DNA of 64,000 nt from a virus. The stretch covers positions 71,866-135,865 of IMG/VR virus record IMGVR_UViG_3300050034_000187; one strand, 5' to 3'. Below, piece by piece: positions 1 to 9,891 of the stretch (positions are counted from its first letter, which is position 1; every line of letters starts with the position of its first letter). Position numbers and translations under genes: made by a program. The notes under the pieces are model-generated. The model ran no database searches and had not been told where the DNA came from. It saw only the letters and a list, made by a program, of their open reading frames with translations.

Positions 1-67
1 TATTGGTGGAAATGATGCTGATACATTTTTATCTATTGCAAATAATATAATAGATTTAGGAACATTA

Positions 68-1492
68 ATGGTTCCTAGTGATCCTTATTCTGGGTTTAGT
101 CACGCTGGGTGTTTTAAACAATTATTATCATCTGATTCAACTATTGGAAATCTAGATAATACTTTTTTTGGTAAAACAATATATGATTCTTCTACTAATA
201 CTAATATGATAGTTAATGAAAAATTATTGGATTATATTATTGCCAATCCGCAAGGAAGAGTATCAAATGATGTTTGCCAAATCGTTGCATTGAATCCCTT
301 GGATGTGGTATTAGGAGAATTTGCAAATAGTGTTTTGCAGGATATTGGGGATTTGGATGAAGTGGTATCATTTTTCAATGTAAATTCTAATGTAGGAACT
401 AATATCTATTGGTGGAGTGATACTTGTAATCTTAAAATATTATTTGGTGATAATTATCAAACAGTAAAAACTAATATTAATATGGGTGATTTGGATGCTT
501 ATTCATTTATATATGCATTAACCGAAAATATTTCTGGATTATCCAGTGTTGATAGTTTAACTGATCTTGGCGAGACTATGGCATCAATTACTCCATTATC
601 ATCTAATGCTAATATAATATTAGCAATGAGTGAGCCAGTATCCAATGTAATGTTTTCTAATCTATCATCTTCTTATGGTAATGGTTCTGGAACATATGGT
701 AATCCAACAGTAGATGATATTATGGGATCAAGTAATTTTAACGAAGCACTCTCAAATGTTATTACCGTTCTTAATACTATAAAATATACTTTGGATTATT
801 CAAATATTTCTACAGATACTTCAAATATTATTATTGCATTGGATGGAACTCTTCCCGTAAAATTGTCCAATGGAAATACTTATAATGATTTGAATACATT
901 GGCATATGATGGATATAATTTAATAGAAACCTATTCTGCAAATTTGGCGGCAAGTATATCGGATTCATCTGCAAATACTTTATCTAGTTATAATGCAGTT
1001 GCCGAAACTCATAATAATTCTTTGAGTGTTCAAAACGCAAGTCAATTTTCTTCAGTAAAAGAATATTATAATGCATTAAGTAGTGCTTCATCAATCGTAA
1101 CAACTGCATTAGCTACTGCAAGTAAATTTGAAGGAATGGTTGCTAGTGTACTATATAAATTGGTATTCCCCAGCACAATTTTAAGTATTGATTCTTCAAA
1201 AGCCGCGATGTATCAAAAAACTCCATCATTATCATCTCTGGGTGGTTTTTCTTCGGCATTGTCTTCTATTTCTTCATTATCCAGCGAAGTATCTGGATTG
1301 AGCCATGTAATGAATTGTATTGATATGTCAACCAAAGGCGGGCAAGCTTTATATGCATCTATTTTAGAATCCAATAATACTACTGCCTTGACGCAAGGTG
1401 GAATAACATCTCTTTCTAGTGAGGCTTCATCAACTTCTAAAACAATCAAATCTACCGGAACTAATACTCTTGGAGGCGGATTAATTTCATAG
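68..1492 (+). CDS. Ser/Asn/Thr-rich hypothetical protein, possibly virion structural
   Basis: 474-aa ORF with low-complexity S/N/T composition and a TAAATA motif upstream (~41-46); no catalytic motif seen. Confidence 0.35.
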   Translation: MVPSDPYSGFSHAGCFKQLLSSDSTIGNLDNTFFGKTIYDSSTNTNMIVNEKLLDYIIANPQGRVSNDVCQIVALNPLDVVLGEFANSVLQDIGDLDEVVSFFNVNSNVGTNIYWWSDTCNLKILFGDNYQTVKTNINMGDLDAYSFIYALTENISGLSSVDSLTDLGETMASITPLSSNANIILAMSEPVSNVMFSNLSSSYGNGSGTYGNPTVDDIMGSSNFNEALSNVITVLNTIKYTLDYSNISTDTSNIIIALDGTLPVKLSNGNTYNDLNTLAYDGYNLIETYSANLAASISDSSANTLSSYNAVAETHNNSLSVQNASQFSSVKEYYNALSSASSIVTTALATASKFEGMVASVLYKLVFPSTILSIDSSKAAMYQKTPSLSSLGGFSSALSSISSLSSEVSGLSHVMNCIDMSTKGGQALYASILESNNTTALTQGGITSLSSEASSTSKTIKSTGTNTLGGGLIS

Positions 1493-1521
1493 TTGACATT
1501 GGCATATTAAAATGCTATAAA
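1493..1521 (+). promoter_or_regulatory. sigma70-like promoter (also contains TATAAATA)
   Basis: TTGACA(1493)-17 nt-TATAAA with extended TG. Confidence 0.6.
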
Positions 1522-1528
1522 TATATAC

Positions 1529-1957
1529 ATGTGCATAAAAACGAAATTTGTATTCATTGGATTATTTTTGGTTTTGCATTTGGGCCGTGCATATGCGGTG
1601 ATCCGAGGAAATGATCAAAAATGTCTTGCAACAACAATGTATAGAGAAGCCAGAGGAGAATCTTTAACTGGAAAAATGGCAGTCGGAGAAGTAATTTTAA
1701 ATAGATTGCAAGCTGGATTTGGAAGAACTGTGTGTTCTGTGGTTGGATCAGATGAATTTTCACATAGTTCTGTTCATTTGTCGAAAGAAGAATTGCATTC
1801 ATTTTTGGAATTGGCCAAAAATATGCTACATCATGAAAATATTCCAATTCTTCCAAAACACGTATTGTATTTTAATAATCGACCATTTAAAAATAGAAAA
1901 TATAAATTGTTTCGGAAGATTGGACACCAAAGATTTTATACTCTTCCGAAAAAATAA
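1529..1957 (+). CDS. SleB/Hydrolase_2 cell-wall hydrolase
   Basis: N-terminal hydrophobic signal; CLATTMYREARGES..GKMAVGEVILNR and IGHQRFY motifs. Confidence 0.85.
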   Translation: MCIKTKFVFIGLFLVLHLGRAYAVIRGNDQKCLATTMYREARGESLTGKMAVGEVILNRLQAGFGRTVCSVVGSDEFSHSSVHLSKEELHSFLELAKNMLHHENIPILPKHVLYFNNRPFKNRKYKLFRKIGHQRFYTLPKK

Positions 1958-1960
1958 AAA

Positions 1961-1987
1961 GAAATCCTCCGAAGTTTGGAGGATTTT
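1961..1987 (+). terminator. intrinsic terminator hairpin
   Basis: AAATCCTCC-gaagttt-GGAGGATTTT right after the stop codon. Confidence 0.65.
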
Positions 1988-2071
1988 CTACATTATGTGA
2001 TATACTTGTGTACGATCATTTTAACAAATTTATATTAAAATAAGTAAAAATATAGAAATATAAATAGTATT

Positions 2072-2650
2072 ATGAAACTAAGTGAATATGCAAAAGAAAA
2101 AGGAATAACTTATAAAACTGCTTGGAATTGGTATTGTAATGGAGATATTCCAAATGCAATTCAAATGCCAAGCGGAACCATTATAATTAATGAAACCATC
2201 CCAGTTATAAACGAAGAAAATAATAAAGTGGTAATATACGGACGCGTTAGTAATGCCAGTAGAAAATTAGAACTTAATTATCAAATAGAAAGAATTGAAT
2301 CTTTTTGTATTGCGAGAGGATATCAAATAGAAAAAATATATAAAGAAGTGGCTTCTGGAATGAATGATAATAGAAAGCAATTATGGAAAATGCTAGATGC
2401 ATCTCCAAAAATAATTGTTGTTGAAAACAAAGATAGATTAACTAGATTTGGATTTAGATATCTTAAAAATCTTTTAAAACAACTAGGAACGGAAATTATT
2501 GTTATTCATGAAAATGAATCCGATGAAACAGATTTAATTAAAGATTTGGTTTCTATTATTACTAGTTTTTGCTGTAGATTATATGGCATGAGACGAGGAT
2601 ATAAAAAAGCACAAAATATTAAATATTCAATAGAAAATGACATTAAATGA
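2072..2650 (+). CDS. tnpA: IS607 transposase (MerR-type HTH + serine recombinase)
   Basis: MKLSEYAK..GITYKTAWNW HTH; YGRVS catalytic Ser; EVASGMNDNR; DRLTRFG; FCCRLYG. Confidence 0.92.
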   Translation: MKLSEYAKEKGITYKTAWNWYCNGDIPNAIQMPSGTIIINETIPVINEENNKVVIYGRVSNASRKLELNYQIERIESFCIARGYQIEKIYKEVASGMNDNRKQLWKMLDASPKIIVVENKDRLTRFGFRYLKNLLKQLGTEIIVIHENESDETDLIKDLVSIITSFCCRLYGMRRGYKKAQNIKYSIENDIK

Positions 2651-2691
2651 CATATTTTTACATAGAAGTATAAATAGTAATAGGAAATCAA

Positions 2692-3981
2692 ATGTTATTA
2701 ATTAGATCAACAAATCACTCAACTAAATTTTGTAATACGGGAAAATTAAATTCCTTAAAAGAATTTTTAGTTGAATATAATAAAGTAAAATGGGAATTTG
2801 TTGATTACCTATGGAACAACAGAATTTGTTGGAATAATAAAATCTTGGATATTAAAAATAATAAATTGGATTGTCCAAAATTTATATCCACAACAAATAT
2901 TCCAATTGATACTGATCTATCCGCAAGAGCCATTAAATTGACAAGCGGTGAAGCCCTTGGGATTATTAAAAGCCAAATAGAAAAACGAAGAAAACAGTTT
3001 TATATTCTTAATAAAAAGCAACGAGATATGGATATTATATCAAGTGCAAAAATACAATCCAAAATTGATAGTCATCCATTAATTAAGCCAACCAAAACAA
3101 AAAATATATTATTTGCTAATTTAGATTCCTTATGTTGTAATTTTAAAGAAGAAATAAATAATAAGAATTTTAATGGGTTTTTAGAACTAACATCATTATG
3201 GAAAAACCAACATAGATTTAAAATACATATTCCAATCAAATATACCAGAAATACTAATAAATTTAAAAATAATAATTGGGAATTAAAAACCAGTTGGCAT
3301 GTTCAATTAAATCAGGTTTCTAGCAGATGGGAAAAAGAAATACCTAAATCAATGGGAACTAAAATAGTTGGTGCTGATCAAGGTGCAACCACTTGCATTT
3401 CTTTATCAGATAAACAAGTTACCGGAAAAAATAAAGCAGGGTATGACCTAGCAGATATTATGAAAATATTAGCTAGAAAACAACCGGGAAGTAATGGATA
3501 TAAGAAAGCCCAAGATCATAGAGTTAATTATATAAATTGGGCGATAAAACAATTAAACTTAGATAATATTAAAGAGCTAAGATTAGAATATTTATATTTA
3601 TTAAGAAATGGAAACAAGACATCGAAATTTCTTAATAGATGGACATACACCCAAATAAATAGAGCAATATATAATGCATGTGAATTACATGGGGTTCAGG
3701 TAATAGAGCAAGCAGCGACATATAGAAGTCAAAGATGTTCTGGATGTGGGTGGGTACAAAAAACCAATAGGAAGCGAAAGGAGTTTATTTGTGCATCTTG
3801 CGGATTTATTGAAGATGCAGATATAAATGGCGCACTTAATCATGAAGTTGACTTATATCAACTCCCGTTTGGTTTTTATCAATTAAAATTAAATAATACC
3901 GGGTTTTATTGGCTGTCAACCGGCGTATTTAATATTAATGGTCAGGAGCTTATAGTCCCTGATGTATATAAAACAAATTGA
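2692..3981 (+). CDS. tnpB: TnpB RNA-guided nuclease (IS607-associated)
   Basis: RuvC-I IVGADQG, RuvC-II LRLEYL, Zn finger CSGC..CASC, RuvC-III DADING all intact. Confidence 0.9.
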   Translation: MLLIRSTNHSTKFCNTGKLNSLKEFLVEYNKVKWEFVDYLWNNRICWNNKILDIKNNKLDCPKFISTTNIPIDTDLSARAIKLTSGEALGIIKSQIEKRRKQFYILNKKQRDMDIISSAKIQSKIDSHPLIKPTKTKNILFANLDSLCCNFKEEINNKNFNGFLELTSLWKNQHRFKIHIPIKYTRNTNKFKNNNWELKTSWHVQLNQVSSRWEKEIPKSMGTKIVGADQGATTCISLSDKQVTGKNKAGYDLADIMKILARKQPGSNGYKKAQDHRVNYINWAIKQLNLDNIKELRLEYLYLLRNGNKTSKFLNRWTYTQINRAIYNACELHGVQVIEQAATYRSQRCSGCGWVQKTNRKRKEFICASCGFIEDADINGALNHEVDLYQLPFGFYQLKLNNTGFYWLSTGVFNINGQELIVPDVYKTN

Positions 3982-4022
3982 ATATTTTTCTATTCATTTT
4001 GTAACTGTTGAAAGGAAAAATA

Positions 4023-4346
4023 ATGACATATTCAAATGGAACGGAAATTAAGGTTGGTGATAGGATTGGCTTTACCTTGTCTGCTAATTTAATTAAGGTT
4101 GTAAATAGAATTGGATTTACCTTGTCTGCTAATTTAATTAAGGTTGTAAATAGAATTGGATTTGCCTTGCCTGATAATTTATCTGGTTATATGATCATTA
4201 ACGGTTTTGAAGATGGTGCTGTGAAGGTTTGGAAATCTGGCGGAAAAAGTAGGATTGCTATTATGCCCTATCAATTTTTTATGCGTGCAGCAATTACAAA
4301 TCTTAATTCTGATGAAGATTTCCTGCAATGGACACTGGAGAATTAA
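4023..4346 (+). CDS. small protein of the C-terminal-tag family (ends NSDEDFLQWTLEN)
   Basis: RBS GAAAGG; N-terminal NGTEIKVGD motif; internal 15-aa tandem repeat. Confidence 0.7.
   Translation: MTYSNGTEIKVGDRIGFTLSANLIKVVNRIGFTLSANLIKVVNRIGFALPDNLSGYMIINGFEDGAVKVWKSGGKSRIAIMPYQFFMRAAITNLNSDEDFLQWTLEN
4051..4181 (+). repeat. 45-bp in-frame tandem repeat, about 3 copies
   Basis: unit AGGTTGTAAATAGAATTGGATTTACCTTGTCTGCTAATTTAATTA (RIGFTLSANLIKVVN). Confidence 0.9.
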
Positions 4347-4347
4347 T

Positions 4348-4620
4348 ATGGTGAATTATTATATTAAAATACTGGATATCTGGGATGAAATCAGAATATT
4401 AGATGTGGATAGTGGTCATATTTATTATTGTGATACTAATGGTCCTAAAATAATTTGCCTTCAATACAAAATTCTTTTTGGAGGAGGATCGGGGCGATCA
4501 AAAGATGGTGGCTGGACATGGTATATTCCATTAAATACAAATTATTATGGAAAAGCAAGTATCAAATCCGTAGATATTATAGGAGAAGAAGAGTATCTAC
4601 AACTAATCATGGAGCAATAA
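4348..4620 (+). CDS. C-terminal-tag family protein (IIGEEEYLQLIMEQ)
   Basis: ATG at 4348 after a GGAG supplied by the previous gene; conserved tag. Confidence 0.75.
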   Translation: MVNYYIKILDIWDEIRILDVDSGHIYYCDTNGPKIICLQYKILFGGGSGRSKDGGWTWYIPLNTNYYGKASIKSVDIIGEEEYLQLIMEQ

Positions 4621-4863
4621 ATGAAAAAATATTATGAAGTAAATTCCTATGGGATACATTCTATTAATTTTATTATTTGTAATAGTGGAATTCTTTCTGG
4701 TAATGGTACTGCCTATCGATGCGATTTTGTTACAAAACCTTCCGATAATATAATAGTGTCTAATTTTTACGTTCCGTTGGACTGCAATTTTCGTTCATGG
4801 GGATTTGAATCACTTCGCGAATTATCTGATGAGGAAGTAGTACAATTGATTATGGAGCAATAA
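4621..4863 (+). CDS. C-terminal-tag family protein (LSDEEVVQLIMEQ)
   Basis: translationally coupled; conserved tag. Confidence 0.75.
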   Translation: MKKYYEVNSYGIHSINFIICNSGILSGNGTAYRCDFVTKPSDNIIVSNFYVPLDCNFRSWGFESLRELSDEEVVQLIMEQ

Positions 4864-4868
4864 TTTGC

Positions 4869-4897
4869 TTGACAAAATAATATTATTTTGATATCCT
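4869..4897 (+). promoter_or_regulatory. sigma70-like early promoter
   Basis: TTGACA-17-TATCCT with extended TG. Confidence 0.65.
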
Positions 4898-4942
4898 TAT
4901 ATTGTTAGGTTGATGGAATGACCGGCGAAGGAGAATTAAAAT

Positions 4943-5206
4943 ATGATTTCGGATGCAGTGAAGATTTTGATTTTTGGAAGTAATAAGCAGGAAGTGTGTG
5001 ATAAGCCTTCCCGTAGTATTGATTTGGATCGTATTGCAAATAGTATTGAAAAAGTTGATCGAATGATCCTTCGTATGAAGCATATTGGTAATCGGGATGG
5101 CCTTGCAACATGGCAGATTGTTCGTAATCGTCTTCGTCTTGAGTGGGAAGATGCAATGCTTTCAGTTCATACCGACGTTAAGCGCAATTATCAATTCTTG
5201 TATTAA
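4943..5206 (+). CDS. hypothetical protein
   Basis: AAGGAG RBS, downstream of a promoter. Confidence 0.6.
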   Translation: MISDAVKILIFGSNKQEVCDKPSRSIDLDRIANSIEKVDRMILRMKHIGNRDGLATWQIVRNRLRLEWEDAMLSVHTDVKRNYQFLY

Positions 5207-5220
5207 GAAAGGAAAATATT

Positions 5221-5706
5221 ATGAGGAAGCTGCATTGGTATGATAATTTGGACTACGCTCTGAGAATTCGATTGGTGACCAATGAGTATGAATTTCGCAT
5301 TGTCCGAGATGCATACATGAAGAAGTTGGTTGGAAATATAAATTATCTTGCGGAAGAACGGTTGAAGGTTGTATTCTTGCCTGATCAGGTAGCTCACTAT
5401 AATGAATTAATTTCGGCGGGTGACGTGTTTATTCAGGCGCTTGACGAGGGTATTGAAGAAAATTATGAAGGGCACAAGTCTGCACAATCTCCCGGTCTAA
5501 AATCATTTAATATGTTTTGCTCAGTAATTACTACTCTTTTTGGTATTTTTGGTAGCGCAATTTCGTTAGGTGGCCTATTCGTCATGTTAGTTAAACATTT
5601 GATTATTCCCACATGTATCATGGGCGGGTTTTCGGTGGTGTTGATAATCATGTTATATGTTGGTATTTGTATGACTCAAATTTTTGGACTTTGGAGAAAG
5701 GAATAA
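5221..5706 (+). CDS. membrane protein, 2 C-terminal TM segments
   Basis: RBS; hydrophobic C-terminus. Confidence 0.6.
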   Translation: MRKLHWYDNLDYALRIRLVTNEYEFRIVRDAYMKKLVGNINYLAEERLKVVFLPDQVAHYNELISAGDVFIQALDEGIEENYEGHKSAQSPGLKSFNMFCSVITTLFGIFGSAISLGGLFVMLVKHLIIPTCIMGGFSVVLIIMLYVGICMTQIFGLWRKE

Positions 5707-5988
5707 ATGACTTCACTTTTTACAATGTTATATATCGGATCAGCAGTAATCTTCGGAGGTTTGGTTATTGCTTATTGGAGAGCTTTTCTTGATATTTTGT
5801 TTAATATCACGATGTTCTCCATTGCTAAATTTATCAATCTCTTTATTGCACTTGTTTTTATATCATTGATTGGTGGAGCCATTTTCGGAGCATTAATTGG
5901 ATTTTCAATTTTTGGAATTGGCATGGCAATTGAAGCAATTCTTTTGTTGGTGCTGGCATTGGAATTGATTATAGGAGGAGTGAATTGA
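5707..5988 (+). CDS. small multi-TM membrane protein
   Basis: almost entirely hydrophobic. Confidence 0.6.
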   Translation: MTSLFTMLYIGSAVIFGGLVIAYWRAFLDILFNITMFSIAKFINLFIALVFISLIGGAIFGALIGFSIFGIGMAIEAILLLVLALELIIGGVN

Positions 5989-6605
5989 ATTATTTTTACG
6001 AAAAGCTGCGGGATTGCACCGAGAGCAAGTTAAGTGATTCAACGCTTGCTCTTATTTTAAATAAATATTCTGAGCCGCATCGCCACTACCACACGTTTAA
6101 TCATATTATTGATAGTTTAAGTAAAGCCATAATTCAAAATGGAAGTAAGGAATTATGTACTGCAATTTTGTTTCATGATATTATCTATGACAGAGCCGGA
6201 AGCCCATCTAATGAAGAGAGAAGTGCGGATTTTGCGGAAAAAATACTAATTGAATGCGACTCTTCACTGTGCATTCCTACTATTAGTAAATTAATTTTGG
6301 CAACCGGACATCCATTTAAAAATGAAGAATGGCTTCATGAACAAGATTTAATGATTGACATTGATTTTTCTGGATTGGGATCTCCTTGGGAAAATTATAT
6401 GGAAAATGAAAGAAAAATTTTTAAAGAGTCTATTTCTATGGGATTTTCCGTCGAGGAATATATTATTCACAGAATTTCTTTTTTGAAGAATATGTTTGCG
6501 CAGAAAAGACTTTTCAATACCGAATATTTTGATAAGAGATATTCATTGCAAGCATATAGTAACATTTTTCGGGAATTGGGCATTAAGGATGGCAATTTGA
6601 CATAA
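5985..6605 (+). CDS. HD-superfamily phosphohydrolase (COG4339-like)
   Basis: YSEPHRHYHTFNHI, AILFHDIIYD, NEERSA, DIDFSGLG. Confidence 0.85.
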   Translation: MNYFYEKLRDCTESKLSDSTLALILNKYSEPHRHYHTFNHIIDSLSKAIIQNGSKELCTAILFHDIIYDRAGSPSNEERSADFAEKILIECDSSLCIPTISKLILATGHPFKNEEWLHEQDLMIDIDFSGLGSPWENYMENERKIFKESISMGFSVEEYIIHRISFLKNMFAQKRLFNTEYFDKRYSLQAYSNIFRELGIKDGNLT

Positions 6606-6625
6606 CCATTTATTTTTGCTATTAT
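6597..6625 (+). promoter_or_regulatory. sigma70-like early promoter
   Basis: TTGACA-17-TATTAT with extended TG. Confidence 0.7.
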
Positions 6626-6653
6626 ATGTATATGGATAAAGGAGATAATAACT

Positions 6654-7085
6654 ATGGAAGATAACGAGCGTTTTTATATTTTAGTACCCGAGACAGTTCA
6701 ACCATTTCGTCCCTTTGGATGCGGTGATAGCGAGGAAAATCCAAGCTATAAAATGGTTCCGGGAAGATTGATTGCTCAAAGTTATCATATTGGAAGGAAG
6801 ATTGAAAACACTTCTCTTTCTGACGGATATTTTCCATACGAAGAAATCACTGCTATTACTTTGTCCACCCGCAATACCAAAGAACTTCGTAAAGTGAGCG
6901 ACGAAGTAAAGGCATGGTGCCAATCGTTAGAAGAAGAAATTTTGTATGAAGAATTTCATGATACCAATCCAGATTTTTATGGTACTTCTGTTCCGGTTCA
7001 TACTGCTACGGCATTTGGCCCAGTAACTCGCGAAGAAGTTGATCACTTGATAGGACATTTGGAATTGTATGGTGAAAATGATTAA
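6654..7085 (+). CDS. peptidyl-tRNA hydrolase 2 (PTH2)-like protein
   Basis: M.PGRLIAQSYH, FHDTNP, TATAFGP..VDHLIGHL.LY resemble PTH2 motifs. Confidence 0.55.
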   Translation: MEDNERFYILVPETVQPFRPFGCGDSEENPSYKMVPGRLIAQSYHIGRKIENTSLSDGYFPYEEITAITLSTRNTKELRKVSDEVKAWCQSLEEEILYEEFHDTNPDFYGTSVPVHTATAFGPVTREEVDHLIGHLELYGEND

Positions 7086-7482
7086 ATCGTGGAAAAGGGG
7101 ATTTGATGCTGCTCATGCGGCAGCGACTCATAGCAATGGTTCTCAGCCGGGACTGTGCCTTGGCGCTGCATTATTTGATGGTCCTCGTATTTTGTCTAGG
7201 GGATTCAATACTTGGGGAAAGACTACTCCATATACTCGCCATGCTTCGTATTTGGGAAATGTTCACGCCGAGGCGTCTTGTTTGATTCATCGAAAGTATT
7301 ATGATAATCCAAAGAATCTTACTCTGTATGTTGTCAGGCAGAAAACAAATTCTCGTCATACTATTCGAGAGAATGTTTGTTCTCGGCCCTGCAAGTCTTG
7401 TATGGAATTGATTAAGCAATTCAATATTAAGAGAATTCGATTTTATGATACCAACGGAAATCCGGCAGAAATGGAGGTTTGA
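7078..7482 (+). CDS. zinc-dependent cytidine/dCMP deaminase-like protein
   Basis: HAE...SRPCKSC zinc-binding motif. Confidence 0.8.
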   Translation: MIKSWKRGFDAAHAAATHSNGSQPGLCLGAALFDGPRILSRGFNTWGKTTPYTRHASYLGNVHAEASCLIHRKYYDNPKNLTLYVVRQKTNSRHTIRENVCSRPCKSCMELIKQFNIKRIRFYDTNGNPAEMEV

Positions 7483-7772
7483 GCTTGAATAAATATGAAC
7501 GAGAAGTTAAGGAAATTTATCCAGATGCAACTTTGTTGAAGGATATTCATGAGTATCGGGAACCTTCTCTAAATTGTCTTAAATATATTATCGTAAAATC
7601 TTGTTTACTGGGAGATATTAGTGAATTTGATTGGACCGATATTAATTTTTGTGAAAAGTATAATATACAAAATTTGGCATTTTTGGGAGAGTTCTCTTCA
7701 ACTATTGATGCGGCATGGAAAAGTGCATATGATGCAGTATTGGAAAATATAGAGCATAGAATGGAGCAGTGA
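7479..7772 (+). CDS. hypothetical protein (ends HRMEQ, weak tag similarity)
   Basis: overlapping starts and stops within the operon. Confidence 0.55.
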   Translation: MSLNKYEREVKEIYPDATLLKDIHEYREPSLNCLKYIIVKSCLLGDISEFDWTDINFCEKYNIQNLAFLGEFSSTIDAAWKSAYDAVLENIEHRMEQ

Positions 7773-8332
7773 TTATGAGCAAAAATCGTTTATCAAATAT
7801 GAAAGTTCTGGTACTGGATGCAAGTTATGAACCGGTAAATGTTGCCACCGTCAAGCGTGCTCTAAAAATGATTTATAAGGGGATTGCAAAAGCCGAAGAA
7901 GAAACTCCTGCAATTGTATATTCTACTAAGATGTGGGATGAAAATACAGGAGAATATATTACCATTGAAATTCATCGACCGGAAGTTATTCGTTTAGTAG
8001 AATATAAATATATTCCAAAGAGAATGCAAATACTAACCAGAAAAAATATTTTTATTCGTGATGGCTATAAGTGCATTTATTGCGGTATAAAGCAATCTTA
8101 TTCTGAATTAACCTTGGATCATGTTATTCCTCGCGCGCATGGCGGAAAAAGTACGTGGGATAACTTAGTCACTTGCTGCCACGAATGTAATTTAAAGAAG
8201 GGTAGTAAATTATTATCTGAACTAGATATGCAGCTATCTCACCCCATTTCTAATACTTCTCATAGTGCTAGAAATGTTCTTAGATTATTAGCATATGAGA
8301 AGCCAGCTTGGCAAAAATATTTGTTTTTTTGA
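7769..8332 (+). CDS. HNH endonuclease (McrA-like)
   Basis: VLVLDASYEP; RDGYKCIYCG; TLDHVIPRAHGG; WDNLVTCCHECNLKKG. Confidence 0.9.
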   Translation: MIMSKNRLSNMKVLVLDASYEPVNVATVKRALKMIYKGIAKAEEETPAIVYSTKMWDENTGEYITIEIHRPEVIRLVEYKYIPKRMQILTRKNIFIRDGYKCIYCGIKQSYSELTLDHVIPRAHGGKSTWDNLVTCCHECNLKKGSKLLSELDMQLSHPISNTSHSARNVLRLLAYEKPAWQKYLFF

Positions 8333-8597
8333 AATGACATTAAATTTTAATTCAAAGATAAATACCTTTAGATTTTATATTTATTTCACTCAAGAGAGTT
8401 AATAACGAATGTTTAAACAATACCTTCTTACTTTTTTAATATTATCTGTTATAGCCTTATCCCCGTCACAAATTATGTTGATATTACTTATACCATGCGC
8501 TGCATCATTGGTATGGCTACATTGTACATATCGATATGCGGGGATTTCACTCAAGAAGTATTTTCAACCCTTCACAAGAAAAGAATAATGGAGAGAT

Positions 8598-9791
8598 ATG
8601 GCGGCAATTACCTGCATTTTTTGTGGTAACGGAAAGAAAAATAGTCATAAACTATTACGTATTAACGGAAATGTAATTTGTGACAATTGTATTAATATGT
8701 TTTATAACGTAATAACTACCAAACAAGAATTAGAAAATAAATCAAACTTTAAATTAAATAGTCATGACTTACATAAGTACTTAGATCAATATGTTATTGG
8801 TCAAGAAGATGCTAAAGTTGCATTATGTGTTGCGGTATCTAATCATTATAAACGAATGAATGATAAAAGTGGAACTGTCAATAAAAGTAATTTAATTATT
8901 GCTGGTCCTAGTGGTAGTGGCAAAACTCTGTTGGTTTCCAATATTGCAAAGTGTTTGCAAGTGCCATTTGTGGCGATTGACACTCCATCATTAACTGAGG
9001 CTGGATATATCGGTCAAAATGTTGATACTATTATTACTAGATTACTTCTTGCAGCAGATGGGGATATTGAAAAAGCCGAGCATGGTATTATCTTTTTGGA
9101 TGAGATTGATAAAATTGCAAATAAAAAGAGAGATAATGGGTCATCTGGGAGTAATATTCAGCCGTCTTTATTGAAAATTTTAGAAGGGACGGTTGTATCT
9201 ATTAGCGTCGGTCCACGCGGCATTGGTGAATCAGTTGATATTGATACTAAGAACATTTTATTCATTGCCGGTGGCGCATTTCTTGGAATGGATAAGATCG
9301 TCGAAGCTCGAAAAAAGCACGATAGTCATATGGGATTTAATTCAAAAATTCCAGCATTATCTAAAAAATTTTTAGATGAAGTTACCACCGATGATTTAAT
9401 TGAATTCGGATTTATCCCAGAATTTATTGGAAGATTCCCATTAAAAACTTATACCAACGAATTACAAGATTCTGAATTAGAACAGGTATTACTTACTGCT
9501 AAAAATAATGTTCTTGATGATTATAAGTTTTATTTTAATATGGATAAAATTGAAGTTTCGTTTACTCCGGATTTTATTCACGAGACTGTTTCTCGCGCAA
9601 TTCATCAAAAGACGGGAGTACGCGGATTGCGATCTATTATCGATGGCATGATGCTTTCTCATCTATATAATATTCCATCTTATCAAAAAGATAAAGTTTC
9701 AAAAGTTATCTTTAATAAGGACTGTATTACAAATAATGCAACACCTATTTTGGAATTTGCCTCGATTGATAAAAAGAAAAAATTAATTTAG
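8598..9791 (+). CDS. clpX: ClpX AAA+ unfoldase
   Basis: C4 Zn finger CIFC..CDNC; VIGQEDAK; GPSGSGKT; TEAGYIG; DEIDK; MGF loop; GVRGLR. Confidence 0.93.
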   Translation: MAAITCIFCGNGKKNSHKLLRINGNVICDNCINMFYNVITTKQELENKSNFKLNSHDLHKYLDQYVIGQEDAKVALCVAVSNHYKRMNDKSGTVNKSNLIIAGPSGSGKTLLVSNIAKCLQVPFVAIDTPSLTEAGYIGQNVDTIITRLLLAADGDIEKAEHGIIFLDEIDKIANKKRDNGSSGSNIQPSLLKILEGTVVSISVGPRGIGESVDIDTKNILFIAGGAFLGMDKIVEARKKHDSHMGFNSKIPALSKKFLDEVTTDDLIEFGFIPEFIGRFPLKTYTNELQDSELEQVLLTAKNNVLDDYKFYFNMDKIEVSFTPDFIHETVSRAIHQKTGVRGLRSIIDGMMLSHLYNIPSYQKDKVSKVIFNKDCITNNATPILEFASIDKKKKLI

Positions 9792-9794
9792 GTA

Positions 9795-9823
9795 TTGACA
9801 AATATCCACAGATTTGATAACAT
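9795..9823 (+). promoter_or_regulatory. sigma70-like promoter
   Basis: TTGACA-17-TAACAT, followed by ATAAATA. Confidence 0.6.
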
Positions 9824-9891
9824 AAATAATGTTGGATGCCTCTTTGAGGGTCCAACAAATTAAATCTTGCTTTAAAAAGGAGAAAATAAGC

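Larger units (their letters stand above)
2005..4006 (+). mobile_element. IS607-family element (tnpA serine recombinase + tnpB); ends approximate
   Basis: adjacent IS607-type TnpA and TnpB genes; phage RBS and gene resume at ~4010. Confidence 0.8.
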
